A DNA stretch of 64,000 nucleotides, taken from contig OX597840.1 in NCBI GenBank assembly GCA_951406725.2, positions 22,196,001 through 22,260,000 on the forward strand, read 5' to 3'. Origin of the DNA: Octopus vulgaris. Lineage: Eukaryota. The notes under the pieces were generated by a model that made no database searches, was not told the DNA's origin, and worked only from the letters and a program-made list of their open reading frames with translations. Both the position numbers and the translations under genes were made by a program. Below are positions 13,201 to 26,424 of the stretch, one piece after another; the first letter of the stretch is position 1, and the number at the start of each line of letters is the position of its first letter.

Positions 13201-16200
13201 ATTTATAAAGGACATATACAAATATATAAATGATGCATGCAGTATTTAAAGAACACATATAGATATATAAAGGTTATATACAAATATATAAAGGACACAC
13301 ACACACATAAAGGACACATACAGTTATAAAGGACAGCTACAGATGTAAAAGTCATATATGGATATATAGCATGTACACATAGAGGACAAATACAGACATA
13401 TAGGCCATTTACAGATTTGAACAACATAGGACATATATTGGGCATATACATAAAAGACATGCATCATCTCCATAGCAGCAAGGTTGTTCATTTCACCTGT
13501 CTTCCATGAGAAACATGTCTGGACATGGAAAAATGTTATTTTGCTTGGAAACAGGTGAAGGTTGGTGACAGGAAGGGCATCCAGTCTAAAAATATGCCTA
13601 AACAAATGCCAGCTGACCCATGCAAGCATTGAAAAGTGGACATTAGATGATGATGATGATGGTGCAAGGTATCAGTGTTGATGTCTCAGGTAAATATATA
13701 CTACAAGGCTCAAGGCTTTAATAGAAGACACTTGACCACAGTGCCATGCAGTGGGACTGAACCTCATCATCATCATCATATATATATCTTCTCTTTCTCT
13801 CTCTCTCTTTCTCCTCCCACTCCCATGTGACCCATTCTCCTCTCTCTGTCCTCTTCCTTTCTTCACTTGGCCATTCATTCATTCAGTCTCACTTCTCACA
13901 GGCTCTGCTTCCAACAGTCAGTTCCTTTCTTCACCCTTCATTCTCTCTTTCCGTCTCCACTTTCCGGTCCCAGTCCTTTCGGACATTTTCCTTGCATGAC
14001 TCAGACACGTCTTGTCCTATTCTCCAACTGTCCAACCTTTATTTTCGTTTGTGTATTATCTTTTATCTTTTACTTGTTTCAGTCATTAGACTGCGGCCAT
14101 ACTGGGGCATCGCCTTGAAGAATTTTAGTAGAATGAATCAACCCCAGCACTTTTTTAAGCCTTGTACTCATTCTATCAGTATCTTTTACTGAACTGTTAA
14201 GTTACAGGGATGTAAACACACCAACACCGGTTGTCAATCAGTGGTGAGGGGAACAAACACAGACACAAAAACATGTACACACACACACACACATATATAT
14301 AATCTAGTTTCCAAAATTTTCCAAATTTCTGGTTGATGGGGATATATAAACCAAGCTGGTACCAATATGAACTTCTACCGATTGATAATGATGGTCAGCG
14401 TACAGGAGTTTATGTACTTTCAGTTGGTTGTTTACCTATTCTGTGTACATTGTGATACTGGACAATCCAGTTGTCTCTATGGAGTCTGTTGGCTTTTCGG
14501 TAGACGAGAAATACTGAATCAGTTCCAGGAAAACAGAGAATTGAGAATATCCATTTTTTTTTATTTATTTATGCAGTCATTTAATTTCTTGGGAAAAATT
14601 GGATACTCTCTATCCACTGTTTACCTTAAACTGATCTTTCAGCTACCAAACTCTTTTACTACAAAAATAACCTCAAAAAAAGGTTGAGGTGGGGTTTGCA
14701 CAATTTTGAGGTTTCTTAACTAAGGGAGGCAACTCTGCCTGAACAAGCTTCACGTCTTAGAGAAGAAAATGTTTAAAATACAGAGTTTTACCAGGGAATG
14801 AAACTTCAAAGATACACCATGAACTTTATTATTATTATTATTTAATAGATAATCTTTTAATGTAAAGAGTGTTTGTCTGTGTTTTGATTACAGCAGACAC
14901 ATAGCATGGTTCTGTTTTGTTTTTCTTCCTGAAATACTGTAAATCTATGTCTTTCTTTTGATAAAAGAGTGTTTTAAGAGAGATTTGGCTGCTATTTGTA
15001 GTATCTCAAGTTACCACAGAGACATCTGTGTGTGTGTGTTTGTGTTTTCTCAGAATATTTTGCACAATAATTTTTGGACATCTTCCTGCTGACCATTCAA
15101 CTTCAATTTACAATTGTTAATTGCTGGAAGTCAAGTGGACTGAGATGTACATCTAGTGTTATTGTATAGAGTTGGCAGTTCAATATGAAATTAGCCCTGA
15201 GGCTAATCAAGAAACACATTGTACTAAATGTGCAGTCCATAATATACTTCGGATCTATGCAAGGTGCAGGTTCTGAGGAAGGTGAATGATAAATAAATAA
15301 ATAGCAACAGATGCATATGTCAATTCACTACAGCTGTTTCCAACTAATTTTTAATTAATTTGTTAATGGAGACATTACATCATTAGGAAAAACCATTTTC
15401 ATCAGGTGAATACATGAACCACAACATTCAAAACCATTCAGAATTCAATGGGATGGGCATCTTCATGATTTTTGTGACTCTTGCTGGTCAAGATGAACTA
15501 TCTGTTAGAGTTTGAATGCTGTGGTTCATGTTTTGACACAATGAAAACAGTCTTTTCTAATGATGTAATGTCTCCATTAATTAATAATTTAAAAATTAGT
15601 TGGAAACAGCTGTAGTGAAATGACACATTATCCATCTGTTGTTATTTATTCATTTATATATATATATATCATCATCATCATTGTTTAAAGTCTGCCTTCC
15701 ATGCTAGCATGGGCCGGACAGATATATCACCTAATTGTTAAGGTGTTGCACTCACAATCTAGCAATTGTGGGTTCAATTCCTGGGCTGAGCAGTGTGTTG
15801 TGTTCTTGTGTAAAACACTTCATTCCACATTGCTCCAGTCCACTCAGCTGTAAATGAGTAACACTGCAAAGACCTCACTTTCCAGTTAGGGGGAATATTG
15901 GCCTGCTTGCCTAGCCTATGAGGTGGCATCATTCAAAAGCTAAAACAATGCAAAGTGCATTGTGACTAGCGATGTATAACAACATTCGGTAGCCAGATCA
16001 ATCATATGATATATATATACATTTACCTTTGTTACTTCTCTGGCTTTCATACACACATACTCACACATACATAAAAATATAGAGGCATGTATATGTGTGG
16101 GAGATGTATATCAAAGTTTGTCTTTCACTTCATCTTACAGGAACTCCATGCATTGTTTCAACAAGAAGCTGCCCTTACCAACAGACCACGCTTGATGCTG

Positions 16201-18953
16201 ACTGCAGCTGTCGTTTCCACAAAGGAGATAACTGATGCCTCTTATGAAGTCCCTATTCTTGCTAAGTAAGTAATTCCATATTTGTTCATCTCCTTTATGT
16301 GTGTCCTATAAATATCCTGACCATGTTGTTTATATCTGTAAATGGCCTTTATGTGTATGTGCTATATATCTGTATATGTCTTTTACATCTGTATCTGTCC
16401 TGTGTAGTTGCATGTCTTCTTTATGCCTGCATGTATCCTTTATGTGTCCTTTATAGTTGTATGTGTCCTTTATATGTGTATGTAATCCCAGCACCCAACT
16501 GATAAAATGTCAAGACTGTGTTGGCATCATGAAGAATGCTTTGGTGCCATAGAAATGGATGTATTTTTTCCCCTTTCATCATTCTGTATGTTTTTGTCTA
16601 AGAAGAAAGCTATCATAGAATCTCTGAGACTGTTAGGAGGAAAGGGACAGAGAGAAGAGGAAGTTATCCTCAGACTGGGGACCAAGATCAAGAAGCTTGC
16701 AACAGAGTGAAGTCTCTTCTGAAAACATCCAAGGTCCATTAGTTGTGTTAAAACCAGGCAATAATTTAATCTTTCAGTAATGAAACCAGCCATATCTGGC
16801 TCAAATATGCCTCCTGTTTTACATTTAAACTGGACAAATCAGACCTCTCACACCTACCCTACAATGTCATTCTAAAGATAAACATTCACATCATTGAAAT
16901 CTCAAAGCCACAAAATAATGCAGGATTAATTAAAAACAGTGTGAATAAACGAGCAGAACATTTGCCAGAGTAATGTGAATGCTAAAGGGGGTTCAAACAA
17001 TGTTGATAACCATTTAACTGTTTTAATCATTTAGAATGTGGCCATGCTGGGGCACCACCTTCAAATACTTTTAGCCAAATGAATCGACTCCAGTGCTTTT
17101 TTTTAAGCTTGGTAGTTATTTTATCAGTCACTTTTTGCCACACTGCTAAGTTATGAGGACATAAACAAGCTAACACCAGTTGTCAAGTGGTGGTGGGAGA
17201 CAAACACAGACAGAAAGAGACACGGACATATACATACAGATATGACGGGCTTCTTTCAGTTTCCATCTGCAAAATCCACCCACAAGGCTTTGATCAGCCT
17301 GAGGCTATAGTAGAAGACACTTGCCCAAGGTGCCAAGCAGTGGGACTGAGCCTAGAACCATGTGATTTTAATGTTGTTTTTAATGGCATTTAGATATTTG
17401 TATTTAATATTTTAAGAACATTTACAAAATTTGTATTTTAATGGCACTTTAATGGCATTTAAATATTTTTCATTTTAATATATTTGATAATATTTTCAGG
17501 AAATTTACATATTGTATTTTAATGACGTTTCAAAGATATTTGCATATTTGTATTTTTAAGGCATTTTAATGGCTTTTAAATATTTGTATTGAATGATATT
17601 TTAAGGCCATTTGCATATTGCATTTAATGATATTTTTTAAGGGCATTTGAGTATTTGTATTTAATGACATTCACTTTGTTTTCACCTCACCTCCCTGGGC
17701 CTTTCCTTGCTCTCTTAACATTTCTCTCTCATCTAACTTACCTCTGAACAGAGTACTGGACTTCATCAACCTGATGTGTTATGACTACCATGCTTTTGCT
17801 TACTACGATCCCTTCACTGGATTTAACAGTCCACTCTACCCTGAAAAACATGATTCCATCTATGGCAACCGGTCCATTGTAAGTCTCAACTACCCTTCAT
17901 TAGTCTTTTTTTCTATTTATAATTCTCTATTTAATTAGTTATATCATTCAATGAATAACCTTTTTATTTCACATGGTGGTCTTACAGGAATCTGTATAAA
18001 CTGCAATAGAGTCAGAGGGCAAAAGAGATTTAAGCTCAGAGGAAGATAAACATTTCTAAACATATCCATCGTTTATCTTTGGTGAAGAAATTTTTTTTTC
18101 TCAAAGAGTGAAAAAGAGACAGAAGAACATACATCTTATGGCATATAATTCTTTTATTATTATTATCATAGTAGCCATTTATGATATCATTTCATCCTCA
18201 TTTGGAATCCTTTTATTTTAGTTACTTCTGGAATGCAGAAATATAAGAATAACTGAGTCATCATCATCATCATCGTTTAACGTCTGCTTTCCATTCTGGC
18301 ATGGGTTGGACAGTTTGACTGAGGACTGGCAAGCCAGAAGGCTGCACCAGGCTCCAATCTGATCTGACAAGTTCTACAGCTGGATGCCCTTCCTAATGCC
18401 AACTTCACCGAGAGTGTAGTGGGTGCTTTTTACATGCCACCGACATGAGTGCCAGTCAGGTGGTACTGGCATCAACCATGGTCGAATGGTGCTTTTTACA
18501 TGCCACCAACATGGGAGCCAGTCAGGCAGTCCAACAAACACACTCTGCCAACAAACAACATGAATCTACCAACTGCTACAAAATTCAAAAGAAGACAGAT
18601 GGATGGGATGGCCTTGAAGTCGAAGATTTTAAAACTAATGGCAACAACACTTGAATATCACCTGAGGAAACACAACTGGATCTCATTATGCGAACAAACA
18701 GTTGTGTAACCAAATACGTGTGTTTTTTGAGAACCATGTTGTATGGAAACAATTGTAGTGATTAAAAAATAACTGTCCAACCGTACTCCTTCTTGGTGAC
18801 TCCAATTTCTTCAGTTTTATAATCACACACAATGAATATCCAAACATATATGTGGAAGTATATAATAATGCTACCGGATAGCATTGGTGGACGATTCTGA
18901 TGGTGGGCGAGCTTTATACTGTACTCTGCCAAGTTCCCTAATAGAATATACAA

Positions 18954-19003
<50 letters not shown>

Positions 19004-19292
19004 TGTGTGTGTGTATGTGTATGTATATATATAGATATATATATATATAAATGGAACATTAAAATTAATCAAAGATATATTAAGTATGTCTATTTGCTAG
19101 AAATAAGAGTTTTGACTGTTATTTCCAGCAGGTAGACATACTCAGTATGTCCTTTGATTAATTTAAATCTTTCAGCTACTTAATGCTTGGGGGGGAGGGG
19201 GCTTGCATTTAAATTATTACACTAGATAATAATAGAATCAATGATATCTTCATTGATTCTATTATTATTATTTCTCATGAATTATTTGTTCC

Positions 19293-19356
<64 letters not shown>

Positions 19357-22300
19357 ATATTATGTATATTATGTGTGTGTGTGTGTCTTTTTGTTTGTGT
19401 TTGTCCTCCACCTCTGCTTGACAACTAGTGTGGGTGTGTGTATGTCCCAATAACTTAGCGGTTTGGCAAAAAGACTGATAGAATAAATACCAGGCTTTAA
19501 AAGAATAAGTACTGGGGTCAATTTATTGAACTAAAAATTCTTCAAGGCGATGCTCCAGCATGGCCACAGTCTTCTGTCTGAAACAACTAAAAGTTAAGAG
19601 TTATATATCTGTTTTCAGGTTTTCTCCGCTAACTACTGGATTCTGAAGGGGATGCCAAAGTCTAAAGTTGTGGTTGGAATTCCTTTGTATGGCCACAGCT
19701 ACAAGCTGGTGTTTAAGGGTTCGCATGGGGTCCATGCTCTCAGTTATGGACGAGGTGAAAATGGCGGCTTTGTCACTTATCCACAAGTAAGGGTTGCCTT
19801 CTTGCTTTTTCTGAACATTCTCTCTCTCTCTCTCTCTCTGACAATAGATTAGCATTGAGATCATCACTCACCAACATTATCATCACCAGTCACATCATCA
19901 TCAATCACCATCATCATCAGTCACCATCATTGTCAGTCACCATAATCATCAGTCACCATCATCATCAGTTACCATTATCAGTCACGATCATCATCATCAG
20001 TCACCATCATCATCAGTCACCATCAGCATCAGTCACCATCATCATCATCAGTCACCATCATCATCAGTCACCATTATCAACAGTCACCATCATCATCATC
20101 ATTACCATTACTACTACCATTCCCACCATTTTCTTTGTTAGGATTCCTCACTTGACAATTTCTGCTCTTTGTTTAAGGACTTGATGAAGGTCAATGACCT
20201 AGTGGTTAGGGTGTTGCACTCACAACCTTACAGCTATGGTTTCAGTTCCTAGGTCAGGTGGTGTGTTGTGTTCTTGAACAAAACCCTTCGTTTCACATTG
20301 CTCCAGTCCACTCGGCTGTAAAACAAGTTCCAGTATTAACTGAGAAGTTAACCCTGTGAATGGTTGGAATCCCATCCAGGGGAGGATTATGATCTCAATC
20401 ACTTATATTCTATGGAAACCAGGTTCGACTCCAGCCTTATGAGCCCTAGAGCTCATGACTGAGCTAAACTAAGATTAAGGACTTTAAGAGGAGCATTGTT
20501 GTCACTGGCACCACCGCTATCATCACCATTATCATCACCATCACCACCACCACCATCACCATCATCATCATTGCAATCATCACCTCATTTTCATCATCAC
20601 TGCCATCATTATCATCACTATTACCTATTTCTTTACTACCCACAAGGGGCTAAACACAGAGAGGACAAACGGATTAAGTCGATTACATCAACCCCAGTGC
20701 GTAACTAGTACTTAATTTATCGACCCCAAAAGGATGAAAGGCAAAGTCGACCTCGACGGAATTTGAACTCAGAACGTAGCGGCTGACGAATACCGCTAAG
20801 CATTTCGCCCAGCTCACCGCCTATCATCACTATTACCATTACGTTCTGAGTTCAAATTCTGCCCGGGTTGACTTTGCTTTTCATCCTTTCAGGGTTGATA
20901 AATTAGGTACAAGTCAAGTACTAGGATGATGGTGGTGGTGGTGGTGGTTGCTACTGTTGCTGTTGTTGTTGTTGTTTAGCCCAGGTCAGCTTTGACTGTG
21001 CAGAGAGCTATGATCAAAGATGTTCTAGCCTTGACCATCCTTATCTTTTGTTAAGGCATAGTGTATCTTGGACTATATTACCTAATATTATCCTACTTGT
21101 TGTTGTTCTCAGATGATAGAGTTGGAATATCTTTGATCCTATGTGACCTGGGGTTAAAACAACACCCATCTCTGAATTTCTCTCCCCTCCACCTCTTTCT
21201 ACTCCACAGGTGTGCAAATACCTCCAATCAAACTTCACCAGGGTGTTCTATGAACAGTGTCAGGTCCCTTACATGTACAAGGATCACCTATGGATTAGTT
21301 ATGAAGATGAAGAGAGCCTTAGTATAAAGGTAACAGCAATTTTCTTGCTTATACAAGGGGCTGCTGAAAAGTTCCTAGCTTTAAGGGTGTTATAAACCCA
21401 AACTCAAATATCAAAGTTTAAAAGGTTTCACGTAGAGTCTCCCCAGAGTTTGAATTGCTTCTGAGTAATTCTCACATTCACTTATGAGTTCGTAAACGTC
21501 TTTATCATGAAAGGCCTAGCTGGAGGCCCAACCTTCTGAGTTCTTTTACATGACTAAGAAAAACTGAAGGACTCCTGCAATAAATGTGTGAATCTGAGAG
21601 GGGAATATATTGAATAAAATCATAATTAACTGATCCTCCTCTATTTTCTTTTATCGAAAGCCAGGAACTTTGCAGCCCCTCCCCTCATAAACGTGTGTGT
21701 GTGTTGATGTGAAAATTATTTGTGCTGGTCAGTATCTGCCAGGTTTCCACATAAATGGCTCAGATCTCATCGAGCATCCAATCAAATACCCCATGTACAC
21801 TTTTTCTTTCAGTTTAATTTAAATTCTTCTTGAGAGAGTCCAAGCCAGTCGCTAATAAAGTGACAAGACATTTTGAGTTGAAGGAGTCCCCAGTGTCTGT
21901 AAATATGGAGTGGAGTTGGTAAGTTAGTTGAACTGTCAATGCATACACTTGAGTGAGTGCATCTATTCAAATAAGAATCTCCGGTGAAGAATCTTTGGAA
22001 TGTCTTACAGATCTTCATTGTGCCACTAATAGATTGGATTTGGAGAATAGCTATCAGTTTCTGTTGCTCTTTCAATGAGACACTTAGAATTTCTAGATTT
22101 TTGAGTAAATCTGTAGGTACATTGCCTAATGCACCTGTGTTGAGAAGTACAAATGAAAATTTCTAGTCAATGTGCAGGAGCTAAAAGTTCCTTCTTCCTG
22201 GACTTTCGATCGGACATTCACATCCATTGGGCAACTGACCTCTACAACGGTGAGTTCCCTGTCCCACACAACAATATCAGATTTGTTATGTTTGCACTGA

Positions 22301-23091
22301 GTTTCTGTTTTTAAAGGTATGAATATATGCTGGTCCTGACATGCCTTTAGTGTCAGAGCAAACCTTCCTGTAGATAGTCTTTGCAACTGTATCATGGCTC
22401 AGTGGCAAGTAGTATCTTGTAGATGTTTTTGGGTCAGCTGCTGATGATGTGGATGATGTCTCCCACACATATATAGCGATATGTGCGTGTATGTATGAAT
22501 GAATGTATTCAGTTATATTTCTAGATTCCTCGTCAATAGAGAAAGAGCCAGTGTCAAACCTAAGACCCGAATCTCCTTCATTGAAAATTTAAATAACATC
22601 AACAGAGTATTTTTGCATTTGCGTGTGTATGTGTGCAATACTTTGACTCTGTGCTTGTGTAGAGTTATGGGTTTCATTTCATGTCTCTATTGTCTTGCTT
22701 ATAGTTACATGTTTAGGCATGGACATATGTACTTAAATGCTAAACCTTTGGAAATGTTTACAAGAATTTGACAGTTCCATTGATGGCTTGTGTCTGTAAT
22801 CTTATTAGCTTTCTCCCTTCTGGGAGATAATGTATAGCTTAAATATACAATGCAATACTTCTTCCAGGGGATTTGAACCTAAGATGAACCCCAGACTGGT
22901 CGTTCAATACTCAATACCTTTTCCATTCAGCCATCACATTTCCTTTTCTCTTCCAGGTGAACTGGATCAAGAGCCATGGTTATCCGGGTATTATGGTGTA
23001 CTCAATGAACTATGATGATTACTTGGGTGTTTGTGATGGGGGCAAGACAAAGAACCCACTCCTGAAGATTATTAACAAGTTCCGGCTGTAA
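10159..23091 (+). CDS. GH18 chitinase-like protein (chitotriosidase/AMCase-like, secreted, 379 aa, 8 exons); whole-gene span
   Basis: Join 10159-10216,11432-11711,12876-13002,16141-16265,17752-17878,19619-19786,21210-21329,22957-23091 = 1140 nt. All introns are GT-AG with matching phases. Signal peptide, FDGLDLDFEFP, MCYDYH, NYWILKGMPKSKVVVGIPLYG, WISYED and terminal TAA are present. Confidence 0.93.
11432..11711 (+). CDS. Chitinase exon 2 (SEKIVCYY...LDPTLCTHLI...LKVLLCNGG)
   Basis: tttcag| acceptor, AG|gtatag donor; GH18 N-terminal motifs. Confidence 0.93.
12876..13002 (+). CDS. Chitinase exon 3 (catalytic FDGLDLDFEFP)
   Basis: tccag| acceptor, |gtaatt donor; DxxDxDxE at 12919-12942. Confidence 0.95.
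16141..16265 (+). CDS. Chitinase exon 4 (ELHALFQQEA...RLMLTAAV...SYEVPILAK)
   Basis: ttacag| acceptor, AA|gtaagt donor. Confidence 0.93.
17752..17878 (+). CDS. Chitinase exon 5 (VLDFINLMCYDYH...NSPLY)
   Basis: aacag| acceptor, |gtaagt donor; conserved MxYD motif. Confidence 0.93.
19619..19786 (+). CDS. Chitinase exon 6 (NYWILKGMPKSKVVVGIPLYGHSY)
   Basis: tttcag| acceptor, |gtaagg donor. Confidence 0.93.
19857..20120. repeat. (CAT)n/CAGTCACCAT low-complexity repeat
   Basis: Visible trinucleotide-based array in chitinase intron 6. Confidence 0.9.
21210..21329 (+). CDS. Chitinase exon 7 (VCKYLQ...VPYMYKDHLWISYEDEESLSIK)
   Basis: ccacag| acceptor, |gtaaca donor; 40 codons. Confidence 0.93.
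21354..21687. mobile_element. Non-autonomous mariner-like element (related copies at 38678-38896 and 54562-54779)
   Basis: TA-flanked; termini caaggggctgctgaaaagttcct ... aggaactttgcagcccctcccctca; shared internal sequence among three copies. Confidence 0.7.
21800..22470 (-). mobile_element. Relic of an RLE-type (R4/Dong/NeSL-like) non-LTR retrotransposon 3' region
   Basis: Frameshifted HDTVAKTIY ... KHNKSDIVVWD ... VVEVSCPMD, matching the RHD..PD..(D/E)V..P restriction-like endonuclease pattern. Confidence 0.65.
22957..23091 (+). CDS. Chitinase exon 8, terminal (VNWIKSHGYPGIMVYSMNYDDYLGVC...KFRL*)
   Basis: ttccag| acceptor, TAA at 23089-23091. Confidence 0.92.
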   Translation: MNWIKSHGYPGIMVYSMNYDDYLGVCDGGKTKNPLLKIINKFRL

Positions 23092-24982
23092 GGCTCACAT
23101 CCCACGTCCCTGCCTGCCCACTTTCGTTTCCTAACCTCCCTCGCCCCCACCTGTTTTTATTATTCACATGGACCCTAATATTTTAAATGCTTGCAATAAT
23201 CCTTCATTGTGCCTCTTTCCTCACCTCTCAATCTCTCAACTTTCTAGCCCTTAAGTTTACAAAGTCCAACCACACCCCTACTCTTTTCATCCTAACATTC
23301 GGTTTTACCCCCCACCAATCTTGATTGCGGATCTGCCCCTGGAGCCTAAAAAACATAGCCTTGCAGGATTTCATTATGTGTCTTTCAGTTGTAAGTTCAA
23401 ATCCTACCCAATCCTTCTTTGCCTTTCATCCTTCTGGGGTGGGGGTCACTAAAATCAATAGCAACACAGTGGAACTCGGCCTGAAACCACATAGTTCAAA
23501 AGTAAACTTCAAAAGCCAGGGTATTCGAAGTTGTTATTTCCTAAGAAGTGAAGGATATGTTGTTTGAGTCTCATTAATACATCTCTCTCAAATATGGCAC
23601 AGCTGTGTCGTAAGAGGTTTGCTTTGCAGCTACATGGCTCTAAGTTCACTCCCACTGCATGGCATCTTCAACAGGTATCTTCAGCTATAGCCCTGGGCCA
23701 TCCAGGGCCTTCTGAGTGGATGTAGTGAACAGAAGCCTTTTGTGTGTGTATCAATCAATGAGAGAGATGGAAGATGAAATGAGAATCTGTATAAATGCTT
23801 ACAATCGTTTTGACCCATCTAGCACCAATCCCTTGCAGTGCGATTTATTAATTACTATGTATATATAATGTATGTATGTATGTATGTGTTGTTGTCCAGT
23901 CCAGATCAGCACTTATCACACAAGTAAAGTGGTTGGCATAAGGAAAGGTGTCCAGCTGTGAAAACCATGCTAAAACAGACAATGGAGCTTGGTGCAGTCC
24001 TCTGGCTTGTAAGCATGGAAGATGGACTTAAATGACGGTGATGAACACTGGGGTTGACGTAATTGACTTACTCTTGCCTCCAAAATTTCTTGCTTTGTGC
24101 CAAAATTTGAAACTAGTATTTTCCATAAGTTATTTTATATAAACATCATCATCCGCATCTTTTAAAAAGATGGCATGGATTGGAGAGTTTGACAGGTGCT
24201 GACCAAGCAGGAGCCTACACCAAGCTTCTGTATCTGTTTTGGAGGGGGCTGAGTGTTTTTTATGTGGCACTCGCACAAGTGAGGTCAGTTTTGGCATGGT
24301 TTTTTTTTACAGCTGGATGCCCTTCCAGATGCCAACCATTTCACAGTGTGGACTGGATGCTTTTTAAGTGGTACCTGCAAGTAACTTTGCAAGAAAAGTC
24401 GAGAGGAGAGAACGTTTTTCTTTTTCACATTACATTTTTGAAACAAATAAAGAAATTATCATTATTATTACTGCTGTTGTTTTTGAAACTAATTTTTCAT
24501 TTCCACAGAACTGTTGTTTTCTTTGACTATAGAGAAAAAATTCCCCCTCAGCCCTCCAAATTCTTAAATGTCTGTCAGAATAATTTGGTCGTTCTTGCCT
24601 TTTATCTTCTATTGCATCCATGCTAGGGCACCATTTTGAAGGGTTTTAGGTGCTTCTAATAAACTGCCTGTTAGCAGTTTTCCTCACACCATACATTTTT
24701 AGTTCTACTAAGTCAAAATTCAAAAAAATCCTTGGTGTTGCCATAACATTGTCCAGGACATTTTCACTCCTTGCTGGACAGAGTACTATTTGCTCAATGA
24801 ATAGCATATTTATATGGTCAAGCAGAGACTCTGCCTACCTTTGCTCATGTAGTAACACATTTGAAAGGAAACGGTCCTCAGGTTGAAATCTAGAAGAAAT
24901 AAGTGCAGGAAGTCATCTAGGTTGGTTAACACCTCTTCCGTCTTTATGAAGCTCTCTTCAAAGGAGTCCCCATGGCTTAGAG

Positions 24983-25220
24983 CAGTGGTTCCCAAACTTG
25001 TTCGGGCTATTGCCCCTTGGCACCCAGGCCGCTACAAACATAGACCACTTTCTGTATCAATTTCAAAACAACTATATTTCACAAATAAAACTTATTTTGC
25101 CATTTTTACATCCATCGACCCCTTTTGGCCACCCCATTATTACCCCATTTTTCTTCAAAACCATCCTGGATCTTTCCACTACTCCCAGCAGGGTAGTACT
25201 ACCCACTTTTGGACCCACTG
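24983..25220. mobile_element. hAT-like MITE
   Basis: Terminal inverted repeats cagtggttcccaaa ... tttggacccactg; degenerate 8-bp flanks gcttagag/atttaggg. Confidence 0.6.
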
Positions 25221-26254
25221 ATTTAGGGCATCTAGTGGCCAATGTGTATTGCATATTACCATTTGATGATCTGTTTAATGTGTGTTGTCAGTGTGTCACA
25301 AACTGAGTTTGAGTGTGACAAGATTCCAGCCACGACATCTCACTATGAGTTCATTCTCTCCTACCAGTTTGAAATACAACCTCCTTCAATTATGCATTCA
25401 ACATCTGCCTTGTCAGTGGTCAGATGTGTTTCTGTTAGGGCCATGCATATTGCTTGATTACATGTGCGTTCGGTGGCAAGCTGGCAGAATTGTTAGCATG
25501 GTGGGTGAAATGTTTTACAGTGTTTTGTCTGTCTTAAATTCAACAGAGGTCGACTTTGCCTATTGTCTTTTCAGGGTCAGTAAAATAAGTACCTGTTGAG
25601 CAGTGGGGTCAATGTAATTGACTTCACAACTCCTGGATAACAGTATAGAAGATTGCATCCCTCTGCTAAGCCATTTCAAAGCTGTGTGGCACGGTAGGCT
25701 CATCAAGCTAGTTTGATCTCAAGCTATTCTCTGATGGAGAGAACATGCTGAGGCCTTTGTCCTGCAACAGACTAAACTTATTTCTTTACTGCCCACTAGG
25801 GGCTACACACAGAGGAGACAAACAAGGACAGACAAACGGATTAAGCCGATTATATCGACCCCAGTGTGTAACTGGTATTTATTTAATCGACCCCAAAAGG
25901 ATGAAAGACAAAGTCGACCTCGACGGAATTTGAACTCAGAACATACAGATGGACAAAATACCGCTAAGCATTTCGCCTGGCGTGCTAACGTTTCTGCCAG
26001 CAATCCAGTCCAATCCAATATGTAACTAAGACTCTCAGGTATGGAGATTTGGGGCTGGTAAGATGTTACAAGGTGCCTGGCATTTAGCAGGAACACTTGT
26101 GTGATGTGTAGAGTGTCTGAAGTGGTTGCTGGTCTGACATTTGTGGAAGTGTCAGGAATGGACATTTGGGACAAACTTATGAAAATGCTTTGGACAAGCA
26201 AAGGGTGAAATAATCTGCTGGAACAAGGCTAACTTGGTGGGCCTATAATCAAAA

Positions 26255-26424
26255 ATTAATGCCCACTTAAACATGGATGTTCTGCTAAAACAAACTATAC
26301 TGTTAGAACTATATCTCCCCACTAGCAATATAAACACCAAAAGCCAACATGAGAGTTTCTCTCATGGTATCTACTGCAGTATAGTCTGTTCTAACAGAAC
26401 ATCCACATTTAAGTGGGCATAAAT
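26255..26424. mobile_element. Fold-back MITE with ~50-bp inverted arms
   Basis: atgcccacttaaacatggatgttctgctaaaacaaactatactg vs cagtatagtctgttctaacagaacatccacatttaagtgggcat. Confidence 0.75.

Noticed and set aside
24700-24980. Possible LINE endonuclease fragment on the minus strand (DFN..., ENVLDNV)
   Set aside because: Too degraded to classify confidently by eye.
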